Below, piece after piece: positions 7,873-16,386 of a stretch of 64,000 nt of DNA (position 1 is its first letter; the number at the start of each line of letters is the position of its first letter). The position numbers were made by a program, and so were the translations under genes. The notes under the pieces were generated by a model, which was given only the letters and a program-made list of their open reading frames with translations, did not search any database and was not told where the DNA came from. Origin of the DNA: an uncultured Muribaculaceae bacterium (GTDB lineage: Bacteria; Bacteroidota; Bacteroidia; Bacteroidales; Muribaculaceae); assembly GCA_934667475.1 (NCBI GenBank), contig CAKUMB010000001.1:279397-343396 (forward strand), read 5' to 3'.

Positions 7873-10629
7873 ATGAAATTAAAACTGTTTTTGCTACTTA
7901 CGCTACTGGTGAGCCTGCCCGCAATCGCGCAGCAGGCTGCGCTGCGTGGCGTGGTAATCGACTCCAAAAGCAGCCAGCCCGTGGCAGGACTCACTGTGAT
8001 GCTCAACGGGCAGGGAGCATCGGCCGTGACCGGCCCCGACGGAGACTTCCTGATTACCGATGTGAAGCCCGGCAGCGACCAGCTGCTGGTGCTGGGCTAT
8101 GGCTACAAAGACCTTGTGCACGATGTGCAGCTGCCATCGAGTGGCGTGACCGACCTGGGCACGCTAAAAATCACCCCCGACAACTTCAGCGCGGGCGACG
8201 ACTACAGCAATGCCTCGCGCGAAATGACGCTCAGCGAGTCGCAGCTTGAAGACGAAGAGGGCAACTCGCAGGCCGTGGGCATGCTCACCGGCGCCACCGA
8301 CAACCCCTTCTATCAGGCAGCCAGCTACAACTTCTCGGCCATGCGCTTCCGCATGCGCGGCTACAACAGCGAGTACACCGCCACCTACATCAATGGCATC
8401 GGCTTCAACGACGCCGCGCGCGGCCGCTTCAACTACTCGATGCTGGGCGGCCTTAACCAGGCGTTCAAAAACAAGTCGATAGGCACCGGCCTTGAGTCGA
8501 CCAGTTTCGCCTTTGGCGATGTGGGCGGAGCCAACAACATCACCACCTACGCCAAGGACTACGCTCCCGGCTTCCGCGGCAGCGTGGCCTACACCAACGC
8601 CAACTACCGCTGGCGCGGCATGGCCACCTACAGCACCGGCCTCACCGAGAGCGGCTGGGCACTGACGCTGTCGGCCGTGGGCCGCTATGCCGACGAAGGC
8701 GTGATTCCCGGCTCGTTCTACAACAGCTGGGGCTACTTCCTGGCCGTGCAAAAGCAGCTCGGGGCCAACCACTCGCTGGCCCTCACCACATTTGGCGCGC
8801 CCACCAGCCGCGCCAGCAACTCGGCCACATTCCAGGAGACCTACGACCTTGTGGGCAGCAACCTCTACAACAGCAACTGGGGATGGCAGTGCGGCAAAAA
8901 GCGCAATGCCAAGGTGGTTGACTCTTACGACCCCACCGTGCTGCTCAACTGGCTGTGGGACATCAAGCCCGGCACCAAGCTCAACACTGGCGTGGGCTTC
9001 CACAAGTCGTTCTACGCCTCGTCGGCCCTCAACTGGTATAACGCGCGCGACCCGCGCCCCGACTACTACCGCTACCTGCCCAGCTACTATGCCAGCGACC
9101 CCGATGTGCAGGCCATCTACACCGACAAGTGGCTCAACGACCCCACCTTCAGCCAAATCAACTGGGACGAGCTGTATCAGACCAACCACCTGAACAACTA
9201 TCTGGCCGATGAGACTGGCGTGGAAAAGGGCGCCACCTACATTCTGGAGAAGCGCCACAGCAACCAGGCCAGCTGGATGCTCAATACCAACCTCAACTCG
9301 CGCCTCAGCGAGGTGCTCACTTTGCAGGGCGGCGCCAGTGTGAACTACACTGTGTCGTCGTACTACAAGACCATAAAGGACCTGCTGGGCGGACGCTACT
9401 GGACCGATATCGACCAGTTTGCCGAGCGCGACTTCCCGAGCAACGCCGACCTGCCGCAGAACGACCTCAACAACCCCAACCGCCGCGTGCGTGTGGGCGA
9501 CCGCTTCGGCTATGACTACAACATCAACTCGCTCAATGCAGGACTGTGGCTGCAAAACACCGTGAACCTGGCCCGCTGGGACTTTAACTATGGCGCCAAC
9601 GTGGGCTACACCAGCTATCAGCGCGATGGCAAGATGCGTAACGGCCGCGCACCCGAAAACTCGTTTGGCAAGGGCGCGAAGCACGACTTTGTTACTTGGG
9701 GCGTGAAGGGCGGCGCCGTGTATAAGCTCGACGGCCGCAACAGTTTCCACGCACACGCCTACTATGGCACCCATGCGCCGCTGCCCGGCAATGCCTATGT
9801 GTCGCCGCGCATCAAGGACGACGTGATCACCGACCTCAAAAACGAGCGCATACTATCGGGCGACCTGAGCTATGTGTGGAACTACCGCCGCTTCATGGGT
9901 TCGGTCACCGGCTACTGGACCGAGTTCTGGGACCAGACGGAGCGTACCTCGTTCTACGACGACCTCAACAGCACATTCATGAACTACGCCCTCACCGGCG
10001 TGCGCAAGGAGCACAAGGGCGTGGAAGTGGGACTGGCCTACAAGGTGACACCCTCGGTGACCGTGAGCGCTGCCGCCAACCTGGCCCGCTACCAGTATAA
10101 GAACCGCCCCACGGGCACCCGCAGCTATGAAAACGGCTCGCAGCCCGATGTGACGCAGACGGTGTATCTGAAAAACTTCTACGTGGGCGGCACCCCGCAA
10201 GAGGCCTACTCGCTCAGCTTCAACTGGGCCGCGCCCAACATGTGGTTCTTTGAGGTGAACGGCACCTGGATGAACCGCGCCTACATCGACCTCTCGCCCA
10301 TACGCCACGAGAAGATGGACAACCTGTGGACCACGGTCGACACCAAGCAGGAACTTGAAGCCAAGTTGCGCGAAATCACCACACAGGAGAAACTCAACGA
10401 GGCCCTCATCATCAACATGAGCATCGGCAAGGTGATATACCTGAGCCGCACGGCCTCGCTCAACGTGAACCTGAACCTCAACAACCTGCTCGACAACCGC
10501 AACATTCAGACGGGCGGCTACCAGCAGGGACGTTTCGACTACACCAACTTCACCACCACTAAGTATCCCAACAAGATTTACTACGGCCAGGGCTTCAAAA
10601 TGTATCTGAACCTGGGCGTGCGCTTCTGA
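7873..10629 (+). CDS. TonB-dependent outer-membrane receptor with N-terminal carboxypeptidase-regulatory-like domain
   Basis: 918 aa. Signal peptide, CarbopepD_reg-like segment (GVVIDSKSSQPVAGLTVML), plug/barrel region and terminal F. There is no SusD-like gene downstream. Confidence 0.85.
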   Translation: MKLKLFLLLTLLVSLPAIAQQAALRGVVIDSKSSQPVAGLTVMLNGQGASAVTGPDGDFLITDVKPGSDQLLVLGYGYKDLVHDVQLPSSGVTDLGTLKITPDNFSAGDDYSNASREMTLSESQLEDEEGNSQAVGMLTGATDNPFYQAASYNFSAMRFRMRGYNSEYTATYINGIGFNDAARGRFNYSMLGGLNQAFKNKSIGTGLESTSFAFGDVGGANNITTYAKDYAPGFRGSVAYTNANYRWRGMATYSTGLTESGWALTLSAVGRYADEGVIPGSFYNSWGYFLAVQKQLGANHSLALTTFGAPTSRASNSATFQETYDLVGSNLYNSNWGWQCGKKRNAKVVDSYDPTVLLNWLWDIKPGTKLNTGVGFHKSFYASSALNWYNARDPRPDYYRYLPSYYASDPDVQAIYTDKWLNDPTFSQINWDELYQTNHLNNYLADETGVEKGATYILEKRHSNQASWMLNTNLNSRLSEVLTLQGGASVNYTVSSYYKTIKDLLGGRYWTDIDQFAERDFPSNADLPQNDLNNPNRRVRVGDRFGYDYNINSLNAGLWLQNTVNLARWDFNYGANVGYTSYQRDGKMRNGRAPENSFGKGAKHDFVTWGVKGGAVYKLDGRNSFHAHAYYGTHAPLPGNAYVSPRIKDDVITDLKNERILSGDLSYVWNYRRFMGSVTGYWTEFWDQTERTSFYDDLNSTFMNYALTGVRKEHKGVEVGLAYKVTPSVTVSAAANLARYQYKNRPTGTRSYENGSQPDVTQTVYLKNFYVGGTPQEAYSLSFNWAAPNMWFFEVNGTWMNRAYIDLSPIRHEKMDNLWTTVDTKQELEAKLREITTQEKLNEALIINMSIGKVIYLSRTASLNVNLNLNNLLDNRNIQTGGYQQGRFDYTNFTTTKYPNKIYYGQGFKMYLNLGVRF

Positions 10630-10692
10630 TGGCAAGGTGCAACATCTAAAAAAAGTACACTCAAAAGGAAAATAAAAAACTTCACTTACGAT

Positions 10693-13005
10693 ATGAAAAA
10701 ATTAAAGACGATTTTAAGCGTGATGCTGCTCGGCCTTGCCGCCGTGAGCTGCAACGACAATTTCGACACTCCGCCCATGGTGGCCCCTGTGGCGCAAGAC
10801 AAGCCCAACACCACCATTGCCGAGTTTAAGGCAAAATATTGGCAGGACGCCCCAAACTACATCGACACCGTTAAGGAAGATCTCGTGATTCACGGCCGTG
10901 TGGTGAGCAGCGACGCCTCGGGCAACATCTACAAGAGCCTCTACATTCAGGACGAGACCGGCGCGCTCACCATAAGCATCAACGCCAACAGCCTCTACAA
11001 CACCTACCGCGTGGGTCAGGAAATTGTGATTCCGCTCAAGGATATGTATGTGGGCAAATACAACGGCCAGCAGCAGCTTGGCTATCCCGCCTACTATGAG
11101 TCGGGCAATGTGTGGGAGGCCACATTCATGTCGCTCGAACTCTTCAAGGCTCATGCCCAGCTCAACGGCATGCCCGACCCCTCCGACATCGACACTGTGG
11201 CATGCAGCATCGCCGACCTTAAGCACGACGCCGAGAGCCTGCGCAAGTGGCAGGGCCGCCTGGTACGCTTCGACGGCGTGAAGTTTCAGGACGCTGACGG
11301 TGACAAAACCTTTGCCGAAGATGGCTCTACCACCAACCGCAACATTGTGGACGAAAACGGCAACTCGCTGGTGCTGCGCAACAGCAACTACGCCACCTTC
11401 CGCACCTCGATTCTGCCAACGGGGCAGGGCAGCGTGGTGGGTGTGCTCAGCTACTACAACACCCGCGCCGGCAGCAATGGCACTTGGCAGCTCTACATTC
11501 GCGACACCAAAGACTGCATAGGCTTCTCAACCAACACCAAGGGCACTTCCAAAAACCCCTACACCATCGATGAGGTGGTGGCCAACCAGGGCACCGCCAA
11601 CGGCTGGCTCACCGGCTATGTGGTGGGCGCCGTGGCTCCCGAGGTGACCAAGGTGCGCAGCAACGCCGACATCCAGTGGACAGCTCCCACCACACTCGAC
11701 AACACGCTCATCATAGGCCCCAGCGCCGATTGCCGCGACTACACCAAGTGCGTGGCTGTGTCGCTGCCGCAGAACACTCCCTTCCGCACGCAGGCCAACC
11801 TCAAGGACAACGCCGAGGTGCTGGGCACCCAGATTTGGCTTAACGGCAAGTTTGCCAACTACATGGGCATGGCCGGTGTGACCGGCAATAGCGGCTCGGC
11901 CGATGAGTTCCGCCTCTCGATAGCCACCGGCGGTGTCACCAGCCTCAACGAGACGTTTGAGGGCGGCGCCATCCCCGCAGGCTGGCAAAATGTGAAGGTG
12001 AAGGGCAACAAGGAATTCTTCATTGCCTCCTACGGCGGCAACTCGTATGCCAAGGTGAGCGGCTACAACGGCGCAGCGCCGTTCGACACCTGGCTCATCA
12101 GCCCTGCCATCAACATCAAGAAGGCTGCAAAGCGCATGCTCTCGTTCCGCACCGAGGTCAACAGCTATGGCTCAACCGAAACCACATTTGAGGTGTATGT
12201 GATGTCGACTGCCGACCCCAACACCGCCAAGATGCAGAAGCTGAGCCCAGCACTGGCCACCGCGCCCGCATCGGGCTTCAGCGACTGGGTGGAGAGCGGC
12301 AACCTTGACCTCAGCGCATGGGCCGACGGCACCTACTACATAGGCTTCCGCTACGCTTCGCCCAAGGCCGACAACTATGCCACTTGGCAACTCGACGACG
12401 TGAAGTTTGGCGACGGCTCGGGCTCGGTGACACCGCCCACCCCCGCCAGCGGCACGCGCGCCGACCTTGAGACCATGAACAGCGGCGAGCCCACAGGCTT
12501 CTACAACACCTACACATCAAAGGCCGGCTGGAAGGTGTCCAACGGCAACCTGCTGAAAGGCGGCGACGTGGACAGCAACCCCGTGTTCAAGTTCATCGGC
12601 TACATGACCGGCTCCACCAATGACTATGCCTTCGCCCCCTGCCTCAACGGCAAGACGAGCTCTGTAGGCACACTCACATCGCCTGAACTCACCAGCGGCA
12701 TCTCCACACTCTCGTTCAACTACGGCATGCCCTACACCGACAAGGCCCTGAAGTTCCGCGTCGACGTGCTGCAGGCCGGAGCCGTTGTGAAGTCGTTCAC
12801 CGTCGAGCAGGCCAGCCCGGTTAAGTACACCGTCTACACCTTCAGTGAGGCCATCGACGTGGCCGGCAACTACAGCATTGAGTTCACCAACCTCTCGCCG
12901 TCGAACACCAATGAGGCCAACCGCGACCGCGTGGCCATTTGGAACATCACGTGGACTCAGCCCTCGACCAAAGTGGTGCGTGACCCGCGCTCGCGCGTGC
13001 GCTGA
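10693..13005 (+). CDS. surface lipoprotein, likely partner of the adjacent TonB-dependent receptor (choice-of-anchor-J-like region)
   Basis: 770 aa with a lipoprotein signal (LLGLAAVSC). It is co-oriented with the receptor and 63 bp downstream of it. A terminator hairpin follows. Confidence 0.7.
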   Translation: MKKLKTILSVMLLGLAAVSCNDNFDTPPMVAPVAQDKPNTTIAEFKAKYWQDAPNYIDTVKEDLVIHGRVVSSDASGNIYKSLYIQDETGALTISINANSLYNTYRVGQEIVIPLKDMYVGKYNGQQQLGYPAYYESGNVWEATFMSLELFKAHAQLNGMPDPSDIDTVACSIADLKHDAESLRKWQGRLVRFDGVKFQDADGDKTFAEDGSTTNRNIVDENGNSLVLRNSNYATFRTSILPTGQGSVVGVLSYYNTRAGSNGTWQLYIRDTKDCIGFSTNTKGTSKNPYTIDEVVANQGTANGWLTGYVVGAVAPEVTKVRSNADIQWTAPTTLDNTLIIGPSADCRDYTKCVAVSLPQNTPFRTQANLKDNAEVLGTQIWLNGKFANYMGMAGVTGNSGSADEFRLSIATGGVTSLNETFEGGAIPAGWQNVKVKGNKEFFIASYGGNSYAKVSGYNGAAPFDTWLISPAINIKKAAKRMLSFRTEVNSYGSTETTFEVYVMSTADPNTAKMQKLSPALATAPASGFSDWVESGNLDLSAWADGTYYIGFRYASPKADNYATWQLDDVKFGDGSGSVTPPTPASGTRADLETMNSGEPTGFYNTYTSKAGWKVSNGNLLKGGDVDSNPVFKFIGYMTGSTNDYAFAPCLNGKTSSVGTLTSPELTSGISTLSFNYGMPYTDKALKFRVDVLQAGAVVKSFTVEQASPVKYTVYTFSEAIDVAGNYSIEFTNLSPSNTNEANRDRVAIWNITWTQPSTKVVRDPRSRVR

Positions 13006-13046
13006 TCCGCCCGTAGCATAGAACATACACAAGAAAAATAGTCACC

Positions 13047-13092
13047 TGTGGGGTGGCGGGCCATCAAAGGTCTGCCACCCCACATTATTTTA
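13047..13092 (+). terminator. rho-independent terminator after the 770-aa lipoprotein gene
   Basis: An 11-bp perfect stem, TGTGGGGTGGC (13047-13057) / GCCACCCCACA (13074-13084), is followed by TTATTTTA. Confidence 0.55.
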
Positions 13093-13181
13093 GGCATGAA
13101 TATTTTGGCAGTGTTTGCAATAAAAGCAAATAATGTATTAACTTTGCGTGTTAATAGCAACACGATAATCACAGAATAGTA

Positions 13182-13871
13182 ATGAAAGTCAAAATACATC
13201 GCGAAGGCCAGAACATAATATTTGTCCTCCTGTTCATATTGCTGGCCATTAATGTGCCGGCATATATGTTCATCGACTACCGCCCGATTTCCATTGCCAT
13301 GATAGTGGTGTCGGTGGTGATGTTTTTGCTCGTGGTAAACTTCTTCCGTCTGCCCAAGCGCCACTTCAAGCACTGCGACGACCCCCTGGCCGTGGTGGCA
13401 TCGGTTGATGGCACTGTGGTGGCCCTCGAAGAGGTGTATGAGGACGAGTATCTGCACCGCAACATGATTCAGCTGTCGATATTCATGTCGGTGTTCAACG
13501 TGCATGCCAACTGGACCCCCGTGGCCGGCCTCGTGAAATATGTGAAGCACCACGCGGGTCGCTTCATGGCCGCCTATCTGCCCAAATCGAGCACCGAAAA
13601 CGAGCGTTCGGCCATAGTCATTGAGGCCGCCAACGGCAAGGATATTCTGGTGCGCCAAATCGCCGGTGCCGTGGCGCGCCGCATAGTCACCTACGTGGAG
13701 CCGGGCGAGCGTGTAGACTTCGACGACCACATCGGCTTCATAAAATTCGGCTCGAGGGTGGACGTGTATTTACCCCTCGACACTGAAATCTTCGTTAAAC
13801 TCGGCGACAAGACGTGGGGCGGCGAAACCCTTGTGGCCCGACTCAAACCCGCCGGCGAGCGTGAAGCATAA
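13182..13871 (+). CDS. psd: phosphatidylserine decarboxylase proenzyme
   Basis: 229 aa, the short Bacteroidota-type Psd. The conserved C-terminal GFIKFGSRVDVYLP (G-S-R cleavage region) is present. It is paired with pssA. Confidence 0.88.
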   Translation: MKVKIHREGQNIIFVLLFILLAINVPAYMFIDYRPISIAMIVVSVVMFLLVVNFFRLPKRHFKHCDDPLAVVASVDGTVVALEEVYEDEYLHRNMIQLSIFMSVFNVHANWTPVAGLVKYVKHHAGRFMAAYLPKSSTENERSAIVIEAANGKDILVRQIAGAVARRIVTYVEPGERVDFDDHIGFIKFGSRVDVYLPLDTEIFVKLGDKTWGGETLVARLKPAGEREA

Positions 13872-13901
13872 ATCCAAAACGCAGAAAAATAGAGCAATAA
13901 T

Positions 13902-14645
13902 ATGAGCAACATAGCAACAGCGATTAAAAACAGCATTCCCAACGCCATAACCAGCCTCAACCTGCTGTGCGGCGCACTGGCCTGCGTGGCCGCCTTCAGC
14001 GCACTCGACCCTGTGCTCACCATTGGCGGCAGCCACGTGCTGGTGGGCTACGAAGTGGCCTTCATGCTGATAGCGCTGGCCGCCGTGGCCGACTTCCTCG
14101 ACGGCTTTGTGGCGCGCCTCATAGGAGCCGTGAGCGGCATAGGCAAGGAGCTTGACTCGCTCAGCGACCTCGTGAGCTTCGGCCTTGCCCCGGCTATGGT
14201 GCTCTACAACCTGATGCGCGCGGCCAACCCCGACAGCCTGTTGTGCTTCGCTGCCATGATTATCCCCGTGTTTGGCGCGCTGCGCCTGGCCAAGTTCAAC
14301 GTCGACACCACCCAGAGCACCACATTCCGTGGCTTGCCCATCCCCTCCAATGCAATATTCTGGATAGGCTTCACTTCGTGGTATGCCACCCACCACAGTG
14401 TGAGCCAGTGGGTGGTGGTGGCACTTGTGGTGGTGCTGTCGCTGCTTATGGTGTGCAATCTGCGCATGTTCTCGCTCAAGCTGCACAGCCTGCGCCTTAA
14501 AGACAGCTACCGCCAGTGGCTGCTTGCAGTGGCCTTTGTGGCCTTTGTGGCCATCGACGGCCTCTCGGGCCTTGCATGGGCCATAGCCTTCTATGTGCTG
14601 CTCTCGGCCGTGGCCGGCACAGGCGCCGAAAATCCCAAGCACTAA
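13902..14645 (+). CDS. pssA: CDP-diacylglycerol--serine O-phosphatidyltransferase (CDP-alcohol phosphatidyltransferase family)
   Basis: 247 aa and polytopic. CDP-OH transferase motif DFLDGFVARL...GKELDSLSDLVSFG. Immediately downstream of psd. Confidence 0.88.
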   Translation: MSNIATAIKNSIPNAITSLNLLCGALACVAAFSALDPVLTIGGSHVLVGYEVAFMLIALAAVADFLDGFVARLIGAVSGIGKELDSLSDLVSFGLAPAMVLYNLMRAANPDSLLCFAAMIIPVFGALRLAKFNVDTTQSTTFRGLPIPSNAIFWIGFTSWYATHHSVSQWVVVALVVVLSLLMVCNLRMFSLKLHSLRLKDSYRQWLLAVAFVAFVAIDGLSGLAWAIAFYVLLSAVAGTGAENPKH

Positions 14646-14740
14646 CCCACCGCCAGTCAGCGCCTTAATGCCCTGCTCGCCCCCCCAAAAAAAAATCATA
14701 TAATTGCCATAAATCGTTTGTGCAACTAATTGAATTAAAC

Positions 14741-14748
14741 TATATTTG
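14741..14748 (+). promoter_or_regulatory. candidate -7 promoter motif TAtaTTTG upstream of T9SS-CTD small gene / RHS locus
   Basis: TATATTTG at 14741-14748, 26 bp upstream of ATG 14774. Confidence 0.3.
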
Positions 14749-14773
14749 CAGAAACGATACAACATAACCACCA

Positions 14774-15172
14774 ATGAAACCAACAGCCATAAGCCTCACA
14801 GCACTCACCGCACTTGTGCTATGCCCCGCAGTTTCTTCTTCGCGGCAAGTACGTTACACCTATGATGATTCAGGTAATCGTGTTGCTCGGTATGAGCCGG
14901 AAGAACGCTTGATGAGTGATACGGCAGTCTCAATAGGCGACATAAAAGTTTATCCGTCGGTCACCCACGATTGCGTGAATGTGACCACTAATAGTGATTT
15001 GAGTAATTCGTTTCTTACATTTAGCATAAGTGACATTGATGGAACTCATTTGAGTAGTGGCAAAATTACCGAGCCGGCGACGACCCTACCAGTTGATGGT
15101 ACTGGTGGATGGTATTTGATAAATATTTCATCGAAGAAAGAGACGGCTTCGTTTAAAATTCTAAAACAATAA
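14774..15172 (+). CDS. small secreted protein with T9SS C-terminal sorting-like domain and a YD-like motif
   Basis: 132 aa with a signal peptide. RYTYDDSGNRVARY resembles one YD repeat. The C-terminal ~80 aa (VYPSVTH...GWYLINISSKKETASFKILKQ) resembles a Por/T9SS CTD. A TAtaTTTG -7 motif lies 26 bp upstream. AT-rich. Confidence 0.55.
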   Translation: MKPTAISLTALTALVLCPAVSSSRQVRYTYDDSGNRVARYEPEERLMSDTAVSIGDIKVYPSVTHDCVNVTTNSDLSNSFLTFSISDIDGTHLSSGKITEPATTLPVDGTGGWYLINISSKKETASFKILKQ

Positions 15173-15175
15173 CAG

Positions 15176-16264
15176 ATGCCAATGAAACCAAATAAAAAAC
15201 GCTTGTTGGCAGTGTTGATTGCCGCAGTTTCTTTCACAGCAGTCAGTGCGCAGCGTTTAATCACTGATTATCTAAACATTGCCGATTCAATAGCGAGCGG
15301 TCTAATAGAATTGTCCGACGGAAACCTATCAACTATGCCATCCAGAACTGTGATGAAAATTACAGGCGAACAGCCTAAACCAAGCGTGAATAAACAACTT
15401 GCGCCTGGTACTGTGAAATACGAAACAAGTGTAGGCGCTGACGGGCAACTTAATGTTGAGATCCCGATTGAAAGTTTCGCAGCAAAATTTGAGGCGGATC
15501 CGGGCATTGCGCTCAATTACAATGGCATGAGTTCTGCGTCGTTTATGGGTGATGGTTGGAGCATAACAGGGTTGCACGCGATTACCCCAACGGAACGCAC
15601 CATATTTACGGATGGTCGTTGTTCTGGTATAGATGGTGATGCCGTTATGCATAGACAAGGACTTGGCTTTTGTGGGTTCAGTAGCATTCGCAGTATTGAT
15701 GATATCACAGGAGACACTACTTTGGTAGTTTGTGATCCGTTGAATTTCGGAGCGCCAAAATTTAACTCTAACCGCTTGGAAGAGAATATATTTGAATATG
15801 AATCTATCATTGGGTCGAATAAAATTATAGACATCCGACTCGTGCAAAAGACCTCATTTGACAAAGCTATAGGAAAACGAAGCGTCACGGATTACAATTA
15901 TGATGACTTCAGGAATGTGATATGTGAGTCCTCTGATTATGGCTCTGGATACAAGCAAATTAAAAGAAGTAATTACCTTAATGAGGTGTCGCCACAGATC
16001 AATATTATTGGTCTTCCTATGCTTGAAACCACTACGACTGAAACAGGTGGGCAGTTTTCAATGACGGGACAGCGCACCACATATAATGCGCGTCATTTAC
16101 CAGAAACAGTGGTCGAATTTTATGGAGAAGAGAACTCCGTGGTTAAGATCAGTCGTTACACTTACGATGAATTATGCAATTTAACTAAGGAGGAAGTGAA
16201 AAATTATGATTCCAATGAGTTGATAGAAAAAAATATGGATACACTGACGATAGTGGCTATTTAG
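15176..16264 (+). CDS. RHS/YD-repeat polymorphic toxin, N-terminal fragment (signal peptide + N-terminal domain); frameshifted relative to downstream ORF
   Basis: 362 aa with a signal peptide (MPMKPNKKRLLAVLIAAVSFTAVSAQ). It ends at TAG 16262-16264. The +1 frame continues as KYGYTDDSGYLGKTL..., in frame with the ORF at 16387. Confidence 0.7.
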   Translation: MPMKPNKKRLLAVLIAAVSFTAVSAQRLITDYLNIADSIASGLIELSDGNLSTMPSRTVMKITGEQPKPSVNKQLAPGTVKYETSVGADGQLNVEIPIESFAAKFEADPGIALNYNGMSSASFMGDGWSITGLHAITPTERTIFTDGRCSGIDGDAVMHRQGLGFCGFSSIRSIDDITGDTTLVVCDPLNFGAPKFNSNRLEENIFEYESIIGSNKIIDIRLVQKTSFDKAIGKRSVTDYNYDDFRNVICESSDYGSGYKQIKRSNYLNEVSPQINIIGLPMLETTTTETGGQFSMTGQRTTYNARHLPETVVEFYGEENSVVKISRYTYDELCNLTKEEVKNYDSNELIEKNMDTLTIVAI

Positions 16265-16386
16265 GAAAAACACTTGTCTCGTCAACTGACGACAAGGGCC
16301 TCACCACAAAATATAAGTATTGTGGATTCGGAGTAATTATTAGCATCACATTAAAACCATGGTTCTTTGAGGGGGGTGATACCGCT

